Shown in pieces: positions 11,629 through 25,305 of a stretch of 64,000 nucleotides of DNA. Both the position numbers and the translations under genes were made by a program. Position 1 is the stretch's first letter. The number at the start of each line of letters is the position of its first letter. The notes beneath the pieces were generated by a model. It did no database searches. It was not told the DNA's origin and worked only from the letters and a program-made list of their open reading frames with translations. Location: NCBI RefSeq assembly GCF_000143415.4, contig NW_003314268.1, positions 3,604,559 through 3,668,558 of the forward strand. The letters are read 5' to 3'. The DNA comes from Selaginella moellendorffii (lineage: Eukaryota > Plantae > Lycopodiophyta).

Positions 11629-11842
11629 AAATGATAAAGGATGTCCAAACAATCTTTTGCATGTCTTCACTCGCATAGAGTGTTGAGTGTCTTCACTCAC
11701 TCCATACGTCACTTACAGCAGGTGGTCCGACCCAAGACTAGAGGGACGGAATAATGCATGTAGATAGGGACTCTCTCTCTGTTCTGTATATTCTTGCAAC
11801 ATGGACTTAGCACGAGATAACAATTTGATCAACTTATAATGG

Positions 11843-14800
11843 CTATGGATACGATGTTTTCAGTGTAACTGTACGATTGAAAACTAGTTTCTCCGCCGAG
11901 GAGTCGGGATCCACGCAAAAATATCCTGCATAATCCGAATTGTCACGATTTGAGCCAAAGGAAGTTAAATACCTGTTCGCTCGAACTGGAACCTATCCCC
12001 CGGCTTCGCCGTCCGCAGATTATCCAAAGCGAATGCCCCGTGTATGACTTGCTTTGAATGGGGATTGAGGTCCTCTAGCCAAGTGTCTTTGAGTTCCGCA
12101 GGATCCTACACAGCCATGATCAAACTAGAGAGTTATCACCGCTTTAACACGTTCTCATACCTCTGACAGGAACAATCTGTCGAAGAGTCTCACTTCAACT
12201 TCGAGAGGGCGCGCTCCTTCAGCAGGTTCGGGAACCCAGTGGAGAACGCCCTGCCAAGGAACATATAAAACGATTAGTAAGCACAAGATTTATTGCACAG
12301 AGTAGACCTTGGGCTTGATGCTTTTCTTGGCGTCGTACGTGGCTCTTATTTCAATGACTTCGCCATCCTTATCGCACACATAGTCGACACACGTGATGGG
12401 GTACGCATATCTGCACTCGAATGCTCTAAGGTGATTGTTCCAACTTCAAGAAAGCGTACCTCAACAAGGCTGATTTTCCTTTGGCTAGCCCGTAGAAATC
12501 CTTGGAATCCTTCGTCCGAAAGTCGGAGCGCTCAATATATACAACTCTTGTAAATGGCATCTACAACATGCAAAGGAAAAAATAAAAAACCATCAAGGAA
12601 TCAATCCACAGAAAACCTTGTATGTAGCCGACGGGTCATCGGGCAACCTCTTGCCTTCCACTTCTTCAGCAGCTTCCAGATTCTCAATGACAACCTAAGG
12701 GGGAAATAAAGTGACTCTAAACTCACGAAGTTTTTACTCGTACCTTCAGTGGATGGAGAACCACCATAGTTCTTGGAGCAGTTTTGTTCAATTCATCCCG
12801 AACAAAATGTTCCAACTTATCCATTCTTATAAGATTGTCACTGGAAATACGAAGCGTTAAAACCTTCGAGAAGTTTACATCAATCTACCTCCTCGTGATG
12901 CCTATAGACCGACAGAAAGCATTGATAGCAGTAGCCGGCATTCCTCGTCGACGTAAACCAGCCAATGTCAAAAGCCGAGGATCGTCCCATCCATCCACAT
13001 ATTTTTCTGTTACTAATCGGTTTAGCTGCAAGGATGAGGAGGTCAAAACGCGCACAGTAGGAAAAAAAATTACCTTCCGCTTAGACAGCACATTATTCGT
13101 CATGTTCAGCCGTGAATACTCCCATACATACGGTAGATATAGATTTAATCTGTCTAGCAGCCAGTAATACGATACCCTGCGAGACTCAAACTCCAAAGTA
13201 CACAGCTACAAACAAAAGAACCAATTCAGAACAAACAAAACCAAAAACATTCTCTACGTACCGAATGGGATATATTTTCCAGTGAATCGACGATGCAGTG
13301 TGTAAAGTCGTAGCTTGGATAAATGCACCATTTGTCTTTTGTGCGAGGGTGTGATGCTTTCTGTAAGTGACTATTTCAGAAATAAAACATAAACAGCATG
13401 CCTGTACCTTTACTCGATAAGCAATAAGGTCCAGCATATTGTAGTTTTCGTTTTTCATATCCTGCTTCATTCGCAGTGTAGCTTGCCCTTCCTCAATCAA
13501 CCCAGCCTTCATCTTTTCGAAAAGATCCAGAGATTCTTCTACAGGCCGGTTCCTCCATGGGCTTTCCTTGAAGTTTTCACGGTATTCTTTTATCTCATCT
13601 GCCGTCTATAGAAACAATCAGTTATATAAAGCGCGCCATATTTCTTACCTGATGATCAACATAGGCGTGACCAGATTTTATCAGCTCTACAGCAAGCTCG
13701 TAAAGCTCCTGAAAGTAATCACTGCTGTAGGTAATCTGCAAGAACCGACATTAAAAACTCTTATCAGGAATTAAATGTTTAAAGACCTTGAACGGTTTCC
13801 AACCCATCCACTCTACAATCTCTTTTATGTGTTCAATATATTCTTCTTTTTCGGCATCTGGATTCGTATCATCAAACCTGCCGTAGAAAAGACATAAGAA
13901 CCTGCTAGTGGAATTCAATGATTACCTCAGGTAGCAGCAGCCATTTGCATCGCATGCAAATCCAAAATCGACGAACATGGCCTGCCAAACAGAATTAAGA
14001 CACTAATGACACACAAAAGACACTTACCTTAGCATGTCCAATGTGTAAGTAACCATTTGGTTCAGGAGGAAAACGGGTATAGACTCTTCCACCGGTTGCC
14101 TTCAGATGCTTTTCAAGGATAGCTTTCGTATTCGCTGGGTTCAGTACTGTTCCGTCGCTGAATCTTATTTCCACGTGAACTCCGATATTGTCTTCCGGTT
14201 TTGGGAATATTGAATAGGGGCTTACTTCCTCGACAGGGAGAATTTCTTCCTTCTTGACTTCCTACATTGGTACCAAGATTAAGCGCGTTAAAAACTGACA
14301 ATATGCACCTCAGGCTTTGGCTTTTTCTTCTTGGTTTTCACGTCGTCCTCTGCAGTTCTCTCACCCAGGAGTTCATACATTTTCTTGTCTATCACTTTCT
14401 ACAAGCAAACACAAACACGTTTTAAAAACATATATCAGGCTACCCCAGCAATACCTTGACATATGTGAAGTCCGCAAACGGCTGTAACTCCCTCACTTGT
14501 GCCAGTAGAATCCCAACTGTAAAGTCTCCAGATTAGAATAAGATCACTGAATGTACTAAAGGGGAAACCATTAAATTTGTAGCGCTCATCGAGTAGTTTC
14601 GCTTTGTTCTTTTCCAGCACTTTCTCGACAGCAAGCTCCGCGTCCTCTGGAGAGACAACCACACCTTTCACCCAGAAAGAAGTCAGTGAACGAAAGCTAA
14701 CGGAACTAGAACTCACCGACACCACAGACTCTCTCAAAATCTTCCACCAGGAATTCTTCTGGATCGGAAGAAAAATAGCGAAAGGCCGCATCCAACTGAT

Positions 14801-15225
14801 GGCTCTTGATCTGCCACATCCCATAACGTCTTAGCTCACAGAGAATCAAATCCAAAAACATCTCAAGACCTTTCCAGAAGTAACGTAGCTCAAAAACTTT
14901 GGCCGATGACGAAGAGCGTTCGCACGGTTTGCCGGGTACTTGGTTGCAACCTGCCACAAACCATTCAGAAGCGAGGAGGAAAAATTCGATAGCTTACCGT
15001 GTACAGCACGTTTCCAACCGATTTGTTACAGCCATTTTGCACACCTGCCTGAATTTCAACAATGAGAATCTCTTGAAGAAACACGAAATCGCATGCAATT
15101 ACCTCCTTGATCACAGCCAGGACACTGCTCCTGACCTTCGGATTCACCATAATGTTCTGCGCAGTGGTCTCCTCGATACCGATTCGGCAGAAGAGCTCCA
15201 CAGATGCCTCCATTGCCTCGCTCAT
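11843..15225 (-). CDS. Glutaminyl-tRNA synthetase, multi-exon
   Basis: [56 protein letters not shown]-terminal FNRTVTLK. Confidence 0.93.
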
Positions 15226-15408
15226 AGCGCTGCTCGCGCAGCCACGCCCTACACGACTAGACCTCTGTAAAACCCTAGCATATAGCATATTCTTATCGTG
15301 AGCCCTAAACAGGCCGGCCTTATAAATTTCCCGCGAGAATTCAAAATTCAAATTTTCAAATTCAAATTCCAGTATGGAATACCTCAAGAGGGCATTTGCT
15401 ATCATTTG

Positions 15409-18400
15409 CTATTGCTTCCTCTCCCATTTCCCTTCGCGTCTTCCATCGCTCCTCTCTTTGCTCGCGCGCTCCATTATCGTGCGAGGCCGCGAGGAGTTTC
15501 TCGCTTGCCTCTCGTCGACCATCTCCCCGTACTCGCTGATGCCACCGCCGTTTCCCAGGAGCTCCTCGTAGGCCCTGTCCTGGTGCTGGAAGCTTGGAGC
15601 GTTTGGATTTGGATAGCCGCGGCTGTTCGTCATGAGCACTGGAGTCGATGCTGTTGTCGTTGCCACTGCTGCTAGATGGACGTTGGTGGGGCTCACCGAC
15701 GCTGCCGCGGCTCCTGGGGGTGGCGTTGGAGGTGGAGTTACTGCGTTCTCGCGATCCGGCCTCGAGCTGCTGTTACTTTCTCGCGGGCCCTCGCGGTAGC
15801 GATCGCGATCTCTTGGTCGACTAGAAGATGCGTGTTAACATTTGGGATAGAAGATACATGGATTGGGAAGAAGCGGAGAAGAAGTTTTAAGTCACCTGCT
15901 GCCAGAGGTGGTCGAGGCACTGTAGTCTCTCCGCGAGCTCCGCGCGTTTCCTTGCTCAAGTTCTCTTTGGTAGTCTCTCTGTGTTCTCGAGTGTAAGTAA
16001 AAAACGAAACTGGCAAGAGCTTACCTGTGAGCGTTTCTCCATTTCCAGTTCTACTACATGCCTCAGCTCTCTCGTCTTTTCGCGTTCTTTCTCCAAAGCC
16101 TTTTGCCTTTCTATCTCCCGTTCAGCTTCTGCTGCTCGCTCCCTGTAATCAAAAGATGTATAAATGACTCATGGAAATCTCTTGGAGGCCCACCTATCAA
16201 GTTCTTGCAGGATTACAATCTCCCGGTGCGCCGCTTCATCCAACGCAATCTGACGATCCCGCTCTGCCATTCGCTGACGCTCTCTTCTAATCGCAACTTG
16301 TTGTCGTGCTTCTTCACGTTGCCTACAAGCACTCCGAAGTTTTACAACAATGAACTTTCTACTGCTTACTCTTGAAGAATTTTTTCTTTAAGTTGTTCGA
16401 GGTCATTTGCGGAGCTTTGTGGCTGATGCTTTCCTTCCAGCATCTGCAGCTTCAGTTTTACTTCCTCCAGCTCCTATAAAATCCCGCATGATCTTTGTTA
16501 GAGAGACCAAAATTTCATTACCTTGGCTGCTTCTGCTGCGGCTGCATCACGAGCGTCTGGGCTATCACGCAGAACTGAAAGGCGAGCAAAGACCTGAAGA
16601 AGTGTTCATTTGGTGAGAGAAAAGCAAAGAACTAAGTATCTTACCTCTAGTACTGAGTCCCTGACAGCCAAATATCCTGGATCATTTGGATGTTTGATGT
16701 CTTCACCCAGTAGTGCTTGCTCTAGATTCTGGAAGTAAAAAACTGTGAGGGCTCTCAATTTTTCATAAAAAGATTCTACCTCTTTCACGACATTCCCTTG
16801 GGTCCTAAACTCCAGTAAGACCTGGCAGAGACGTCGTCCAGCTTCCATACACGTCGTTCCTGTACCATTCAGAAAACTGTGTCAAAATCTTAAAGAACAA
16901 ACTTGGTTGCTTACCTGGTTTCGTTTTTGTTTGTTCTTCCATAACTCTCCAAACCTTAGCAGGAATAGACGTGACATCCTCTGGCGAGGCATAGATGCAT
17001 GCCCGTGCTAGTAGAGATAGCGCGAGGTTCGTGTATGGGCCCGATCTCATAAAATGCAAGGACGTCGTGCCAGGAACCAACGAGCCGATTGTGCTGAGAA
17101 ACGTCTTTAGCTGATGTGGTTCTGCCATAGGAATGAACTTCAGCAGCAACTCCATTGCTTGCTGTCTAAGTCCCAAAAGAGAGTCCGACGCAGCCGAGAA
17201 TGTGACTTTGTCCCAGGTAACAGAAACAAGCTTGCGCACAAACTTATCATACGAGTATCTCTGGCTTGCGACTTGAACGTCCAAGTTTGAGACGTTCTCA
17301 TTCCTCCTTAAAAGCTCCCTCAGCTGCTGCAATGCCCCTGACCGCAGCTCTGGCTCGGGATGCTCGAGCATCGCTGCCAGAAGAGGAGCAAGCGAACTGG
17401 ATGCTGCTGGCTTCCAGATCTCCAAGCCTACATGCTGAAGAGCCCGTGGCATCCACTTGACAGTCCATAACCTCCAGCTCAGTCTGGGAGCACGCGAGCA
17501 CTGATACTGCAGGATGGAGCAAACTTCAGCAAGCACCATGTGTACGTGCAGTGACGATGGTAGCGCCAGGAAGTAGTCCATTGTTGCCGCAGCGACTTGC
17601 CAGCAGTGACCCTTTTGCAGCATAGCCACCGAGTCCGTCAAGGATATCAGAGCATAGTGCCAAAAATCTTGCTGACCATCGTGTTGGTGCCGCCGGCGGA
17701 GATAGCTTGCCAGTAGTAAACATCTTGCTCTTGTACCTGCGGCCGTCGCAGCAAGTTTAGGATGGAGCTTCCATGCAGCCTCAAGTTCGGGACCGAGTGC
17801 CTGCAGGAACTTCTCCACGTTGTCATCCAGTAAGTCTGGACTGCAGCTTGATGGCGGCTCGGCATATCGGCCTTCAAGGCTGTCACCTTCACTCAGCACG
17901 CCGTCGTCATCAGTCACGGCATTCCCAACTTCGACAAAGTCTGTTTCTTGCTCCGCACAAGATGAGTCGGGGTGAGCCTGCTTCAGCGGTTGCATGGAAT
18001 GCATGCCACGATAAACTGAAAGCTCCCCGTCCCCAAGGCTGTTCTCCATAAGCGAGCAAAGTGCTACCAGGATCTTGTCGAAGGCGAGAACGTATTTCCC
18101 ACAAGCAGCGGGGGGACAGGATTTTGTCGACTCCACCCAGCTTAAAAGAGAAGAATAAAAGCCAGGTCGCATACCCGGAGAGATGTCTGGAAGAAGATAG
18201 CCGCATAAGTAGATTACGAGCGGTCCTTCGACAGATTGTTGCTTGTCTTGAGGTCCTCTCTTTAGCGCATCCAGCAAAGCACCGAAGCATATAACGCTGA
18301 AAGACTCGCGAAGCTCTTCGCCATAACTGGATCCTCCGGCTGCCGCAGCATACGCAACGAGCGGCTGCAAAGCGCTCATCACGGATTCCAGCATGAACAT

Positions 18401-21400
18401 GTCGCAGTACGAGCTCGAGCACAGCTTGAGGAGCATACGGATGACTCTTGGCATCTCTGGTATGATGGCCTCCATATGCTCTAGCACAATAACCTCTAGC
18501 AGCTGGACAACAATGCGTTTCACGTTGGCTGCCGCAAATCCTTTTACGGAGTAACTGCTACCATCCTTGTGTTGAGGAAACGGATCTGAACAGACCTCCG
18601 CAAACCATCCCAGCAGATCGGGTACACTAGCAGGAGCAAGAGACTTGATTTGAGAGCGAACTGATTCCAGTAGTATGCCCGCGTATCTTAGGAAATGTGT
18701 TCTCATCTTGGGAAAGAATGAGTCGAACTCTGGATAGAGTACCGAAGCAGCCGACTCTTGAGTGTCGATAGAGTTCACGATATTAAGCTTTGCCATTGCA
18801 CCCGGTGCTTTAATCTGCGCATGAAACTCCTCGGAAGTTTCATTACTTGATGATCGGTTGGCGGGACCAAAGGCCGTGAGCTCGTCGGAGAAAATGAGAA
18901 GGGCGCCAGTAAGCTGTTCAAGTGACGAAGCCAGAAGAAGACCGGCTTCTTGATATGTCTGAGCGTAGATCGATAACGACATCCAGCCGATGTAGCGAAC
19001 AAGAGGAAAACTTGACAAGGCAAACCTCGGTATTTCTTGAAGCCACGAAGAGGCTGGAACCAGCTCCTTGTGTGCTGATCCCCCGTCGAAAATATCGCTC
19101 TCTCTGAAAGGCCTTCCAGCAGCGACATAGACCATCCGGCTGAGCAAAGCCCACTGGCGTCGTATCGCAAAAGCATTAGCTATGCGTCGCTGTGAGTATC
19201 CATCTTTTGCGCGGGTGTGCTCCAAAACCACGGACTTGTTAAGCCGCTCCGCACTTTTGAGAATAACCCCAACTAGATCCCCAGGCGGCACCAGCGGCCC
19301 AGTGCTCGTCTCCAAAACGAACAGGAGGCCCTGTAGTAAAACGTCGTACAAGTTGTGCATGTCCCTCTGGAGCTGCCGAACGAAGAACATGCATAGCTGA
19401 CTTTGGTGCTGGCGGACAATAGTGGCAGCATCTTGGAGTCTCTCGTCTTCGGCATCCACCGATAGACTGTTGGAAAACTCGGCACTGCCAACGTCTCCCA
19501 TGCTTTGTGCCAGGTCGCAGTCCCATTTTGACGCTTGCAAGAGAATCCTCAGAACAGCCTTGTCTCTTTCTTCCTCCAATTCGATAATGGATTCTGCCGC
19601 TGCCAAGTCCTTCCCTGAACCAACCTTGGAGAGTATCTGCCGATCGTCGCTGCGTGAATCCATGAAAACGGGATTCAGATGGCACTCCGCAGCTAGAAGT
19701 AAGGAATCGATCGCAGCCTGGTGACTTTCGGGACTCTGTTCTGTTTGAGAGTGCAGCTCGACCGCAAAACGGATAAACTCGGACGCCTGTAACTCACGTT
19801 CCGCCTGGCTTATCAATTGCAGATAGTCCTTCTGCAAATCAAAATACTGATCTACGACCCTTTGATCCAGTGGAGATTTTTCATCGGCTACAATCGTTGC
19901 TGTTCCATCCGAATCCACTGCTTTCCGGTCAGCAGCCAACATCATCCCCTTAAGTTCTGGAGAAATGAAGAATAAGTTTGACTCATCAGCAGCAGCGTTA
20001 CTATCGTTTCCCTCGCCAACAACTCCAAACTTATAATCAGAAGCGTTACCGACGGTATTATCATCCTGACTCAGTAAACCAGTAGGAATTGCCAAGTGTG
20101 GAGCAAGAATAGAAAGCAATACACTGCCGTTGAAAGAAGCTACATCAGAAAGAAACAACGAAGAAAAAAGTACCTTGGTGCTATACGTCCTTGTCGCCAT
20201 TCCACTTCTAAAGCAGGCAGAACTGAGAACCTTTTGACCGCGGCGCAGATAAAATCAAGTGCCAAGGCGCAATTTTGGTCTCGCTTTTCATATAGCATTG
20301 TAGACATATCGCCAAATGTAATTGTACTTTCGGTAAATGTCAATGCTGGCATCAGATAAGGTTCTAGAATCTCGATAAGAAACAGAATGTTGGTTTTCAC
20401 GTCCTAGAGATAAGAAAATAGCGTCACAAGAGTGAATGAGACAAGTGCTTCACCTTGTACTGCTCTAGTAGTTCATCCACATAACCAGAAAGTCCCAGCA
20501 TTACGTAGAGCAAAGCTGCACGCGCTTTGTTCACACTTTTATGGCCAGCCTGCAGCAAATACTTTCAGACGAAATAGAGCTGATGAGATTATTATACCTG
20601 AATGACGCCGGCTACATCTTCAAGGAGCTCGATAGCCAAATCCACCTGCACTAATGAGAATCGTTGAATCCCAGGTACAAAACCAGAAATACAAAAACGA
20701 AAGAAAAACTTACAAGAAGCATCTGACCTTGGAAATAACCATGGATAACCACGCTGAAAGAGGGCCGGTACATAAGTCGATCAGCAAACAGGCCGCTTTC
20801 TCCTTTAGAGAAAATCACAAGTTCTGATAAGTACGATTAAAGCGAAAAAAAAGTTTATCATACATGCGCCGCAGAAAATGATGCAAGGTATCCGGAACAA
20901 GCGTCCAGAAGTGGGCGATACGCCAACGAGATCGACAAAGATACCACCTGAAAGAGTCCGCTTGCATGAGAGACATAAAAAGAAATATATTTCTTACGTG
21001 TGACACAACGCCATGAACTTGAGGAACTTGCCACGGCCAAAATGTTTCATCAATTATTTCAGCGCCTGTTAGCAAGGTGGAAGAAGGACGGATTGCTGAA
21101 AGAGAAGATGATAATGAAATATTAAAACTACAAGTAACTAGGAACAAAATTAGGACCAGCACCTCCAACAGTAGCCTGAACGAACGGCAATACTGGCACC
21201 AAGTCGGCTTCCGAATCGGCTAGCCTTCTACAAAGTACAGGCTACAACATACAGCAATCATAATTATTCAAAATTCGAGAAAAAAAGAGAGTTACCTGGG
21301 AAGCTAAGCAGTAAAGAACGTGCAAAAGACCCTCTTCAATCAACGAGATTTCTAATATTCCAGCATTCGTTATGTCAGTTGTTTCTTCAACAATTCTGTA

Positions 21401-22833
21401 CTCTTCTCCAAAAATCTCCGAATAATCAGCACCAGCAGCAGCTGAAGCATCAGAAACGGCCGCTTCAAGCGAGTCAGCGTCGTGAGTGATTGTACCCTCT
21501 AGCTTCGTATATATTACAGCAACCTGGAAAGTAAATTATCTTTTGTTAGAGGAACAAACAGAGAGAACTCAAACCTTTTTACAAATCCTTGAAAGAGCAC
21601 TGTTTTTATTGGCCACCTTCAAGAGCAACAGAATGACATCAAATCTATAGGCCAAAAGTAGACCCACGGGTTTCTGGGAAACTCCAGAGCCCTTTCCTCG
21701 TTTTGGAGGTGCCTGAGACAAGAGAGAAACATATAAGCTACGAGAATGTAAAGCTTACGGCATGCAACCTGAAAATTCGAAGAGACCGAAAATACGGAAG
21801 TTTGAGTTCGAGCTGTTTCATCTATACCAGTCTTCTCGGCTTCCCTGTATTACTACAGTGCGTGAAAACGCAGTATTAGCCTCATTAAACAATCTAACCT
21901 TCCACCAGCTGACGCTAGAATTGGATAGAATGGACCTACAAGCATCGCCAGGAGCTTAACAGTTGATTCCATAACTTCACTGCTAACCGCCAAGTCGCTC
22001 TACAGAATGAGCATCAGAGAAACAGCTGAAATGGAACTATTCTCACCTCGAGCTGAATCAAGAATGGCGATAGCCGGCTCGCAATGTCTTGGAGAAGCTG
22101 CAGCTCCATGTTAACTTCTACACAGAAAAAATGATAACTCACTCATACCTTAAGGTAGACGGCATGTAGCTCGTGCTTCTGGGAAATAATCCGTGGGAGC
22201 AAGTAGTCAACAACAGGCTGGAGTTCTGGTTCTAGACCAGGAACTTGAATGCCCATCAACTGCAAAGAAAGAGAAAAACATCACTATGTCAGTTGAAGTA
22301 TAGAAAACGAAAACAAAAACTAGTTCCGACCTGGACGTAGAAAATGGCGATCGGGTTTCCACGAAGACAAGAAATCCGAATGAATCGGCATGGTGTGTAG
22401 CCCGCATAGTACGTCATGTCTCGCCTGGGAGCTTCACAGCGTGGCCTTACTTTCACAAAACTTTCCGGCTGAGAAATCACACAAACCGAGCTTAAAAATA
22501 CAGAGAAAGAGAGAACAATGTCACACCTTAAACTTGAGCCCGGCGGCAATCTCCCATTCCAGCACCGATTTGTTGTGCGCGCGAATGTGAGACAATAGAC
22601 ACGCCTCCTGCGCAAAATCTTCACTATAGAAGCTCAAAGGACTCACTACTCGCGACACTGACCTCCAGCTCGAGAATGATCCACTCCTTAGCATTCGTCC
22701 CAGTCGACCAATGCGTCCGGAGATCTGGATCGAGGACATACGCCGCCTTCTGCGACGCCGATTCGCGCGACGATGCGCGCACCTTGAACGGCAGCGCCTT
22801 GAGGCGAGGATCCAGCTCTGGCTGCTGCTCCAT
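15409..22833 (-). CDS. Large conserved plant protein (N-terminal galactose-binding-like domain, ARM-type body, coiled-coil C-terminus), multi-exon
   Basis: N-terminus THWSTGTNAKEWIILEL...KVRPRCEAPRRD...ISCLRGNPIAIF recognised as a plant-conserved family. A 3.4-kb exon lies at about 16.9-20.4 kb. Exon boundaries not fully resolved. Confidence 0.75.
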
Positions 22834-22917
22834 AATCAAAACCCTACAAAATTTCCAAGTTCTATACTATAGCTTTCAAACCATGGAAGCTCTTTAAAGG
22901 TACATATCTATCATCGA

Positions 22918-25173
22918 TTAAACCTGAGAGGACGCTTCTTTGGCCATGAATTTTCTCCTCCTCTGGGCTCTTATCAAAGCTTTGGTTCTTCCTCTCGTCT
23001 TGGAGAGCCCAGTTTTGGTCACCTTGGACGCAAACTTCTTGCGGCATTCCTTCTCCCAGATCCTTCTCGCCTTGGCCTTGGCCATGGCCAGAGCTCGCGT
23101 GCCAACCTTCTCCAAGTTCACTCCCTTGGCCGCGGCTCGATCGAAAGCTTCTTTGTAACGGGACTTTAGCGCTCGCATCCTGGCCCCCAGCACTCGTTCT
23201 CTTTCGAGAGACACGCCTTCTAAGGTCTCGTTTCGCCGCATTGCGTCCTCGAGCCGATTTGCTAGAGCCAGCTCGCGCTTGGTAACAAGGCTGGTCACTC
23301 GTCCTGGAAAAAGAAGAAAAGAAAGTTACTCGTAAGTTTCTACGATCAAGAAAGAAAAAAAAAAAAAAAAACAGACCTTTTAAGCCCATGCGAGCAGTCC
23401 GTCCACTCCGATGCAAGTAATCAATCTGGAACAAGTTTAGTTCATGAGCTAAAGTTTCATTCAACGAAATAGATAACTTTACCGAAGTCGAAGGGAAATC
23501 AAAGTTGATAACATGGTCGACTTGAAGATCAAGGCCCCGAGCAGCCAAATCAGTACAGATTAGCGCAGGAACTGGACCCTCTCCATCTTCAATCTTAAAC
23601 TTTGCAAGGTTCTTTATCCTGCGATAGTAAAGAATAAGCAATTAAAAACAATCACGAACTTAGAAACATGCGTACCGATCTTCTGCAGGGACCTCGCCAT
23701 GATAATTTACACAATGGACATCCATTTCATTCAGGTAGTGATCAACAGCCCGGCAGGAATCAACTGATCTGCAAAAGACCATACAACGACTTCCTTTGGC
23801 AAGCGCGGGCTCAAGAACCTGGAAAGTCACATAAGTGTCACGTAAGTCGTGCAAATGAAACATTCAAGAAGTTCAAAGCATACTTGAACCAAAGCCTCGA
23901 GCTTGTTAATGTTGCCAGGAACTTTTTGGAAGAAATGCCGGGACGTATCGACCTTTTTGTGTAGGGTGGACGTGAAAATGTGCCGAATGCCTGGGAACTC
24001 AGTATCAAGGAGCTTTTGCACGGACTACACAGGTCAAAAGTCAGAACAAAAGGACGCGAGAGAGAGGTTTGCAGTTCACCTTTGTAATCGTCGCGGTCAC
24101 AAGAATGGTCTGAAAATCCGAGCCATTTCGCAAGGCACGGTTGCGAAGAGGATCGATTATCTTCTTCAGCTCAGGCCCAAATCCACGATCAAACATGGTG
24201 TCGGCCTCGTCGATTACCTACAGAAGAGGGGAAAAAACATCCGAGTTTACGCAAAAGAAGAAAACCAAAAGAACTTAGCTGCCTCACCACATACTTGATA
24301 TCTCCAAACGCCAGGTTCCCTTCTTCGACATGCATCAGCAGCCTCCCCGGAGTCCCGACTACCATGTCGAGAGCTCCATTGAGCGCGTCAGCCTGGGGCC
24401 TGGGACGAAATCCCCCACTGATCATCGCAGAACGAAAGCGAGCATGGTGACTTAACGACTTGGCGACTTGTAAAACCTATCAAAACGAGTGTTTTTGCAA
24501 GCTTCTAGAATAAAAGAAAATTAGTACCTGTTCTGTCAACTCTCTGGTCGGACAAAGAACGAGAGCTCGGGGCTTTCTAGCTCGCACGGTTCTTCCACTC
24601 TCGATTTCATCCTTTCGTAAGCTCTGCGCAACGAGAAAGAAGAGAAGTGAGAAAATGATAAGCACACCAAGGAATGAAATAAACCTGGACAAGCGGTAGC
24701 ATGTAAGCGAGCGTTTTTCCGGAGCCAGTGTGAGACGCCACCACCACATTCTCACCGTCTAGAATCGCTGGAATCGCCATTCTCTGGACCTCGGTCGGCT
24801 CCTTCAAATCCAGCTCCTCGATGGCGCCGCGCAGCTCCTCCGCCAGCCCGAGCTCGTCGAACGACTGCGTAGAAACCTCCGCCAGAGAATCCTCGTAATC
24901 CAGCCTCTCGCCTTTGCCCCTCCTCCATCTCCTACCTTCCTCTTCTTCCCGGGCAATGCCGCTCCATCCCTCCTTGGACCGCCTCGATCGAAGCCTGTCG
25001 AGGAGATTATCCTCATCCGCTAGCGCTGCCGACGAACTCCCGCCCCTCTGCGCCGCCCGGAGAGGCCCGCTCGCGACGCTCAGCCTCCGGCACAGCGGCG
25101 GCTTGCGCGCGAGAGGCGATCTAAGCGCAGCCACGGAGGGATAGAGTTGCCGGCAAAGGAATGCCATTCTCAT
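22918..25173 (-). CDS. DEAD-box RNA helicase, RH39-like (organellar)
   Basis: [38 protein letters not shown]; transit-peptide-like N-terminus. Confidence 0.9.
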
Positions 25174-25305
25174 TCCTTCCCGGGCATCGATCTATCGCTT
25201 AAACCCTAAAACCTTGGCGAAATGCGAGCTCCAACGAGTAGAGTTTTACTGACTGACCATAGTGAAGATCCATAGTTCTAAAGTTCGCGAGCTACGAGTA
25301 GTGTT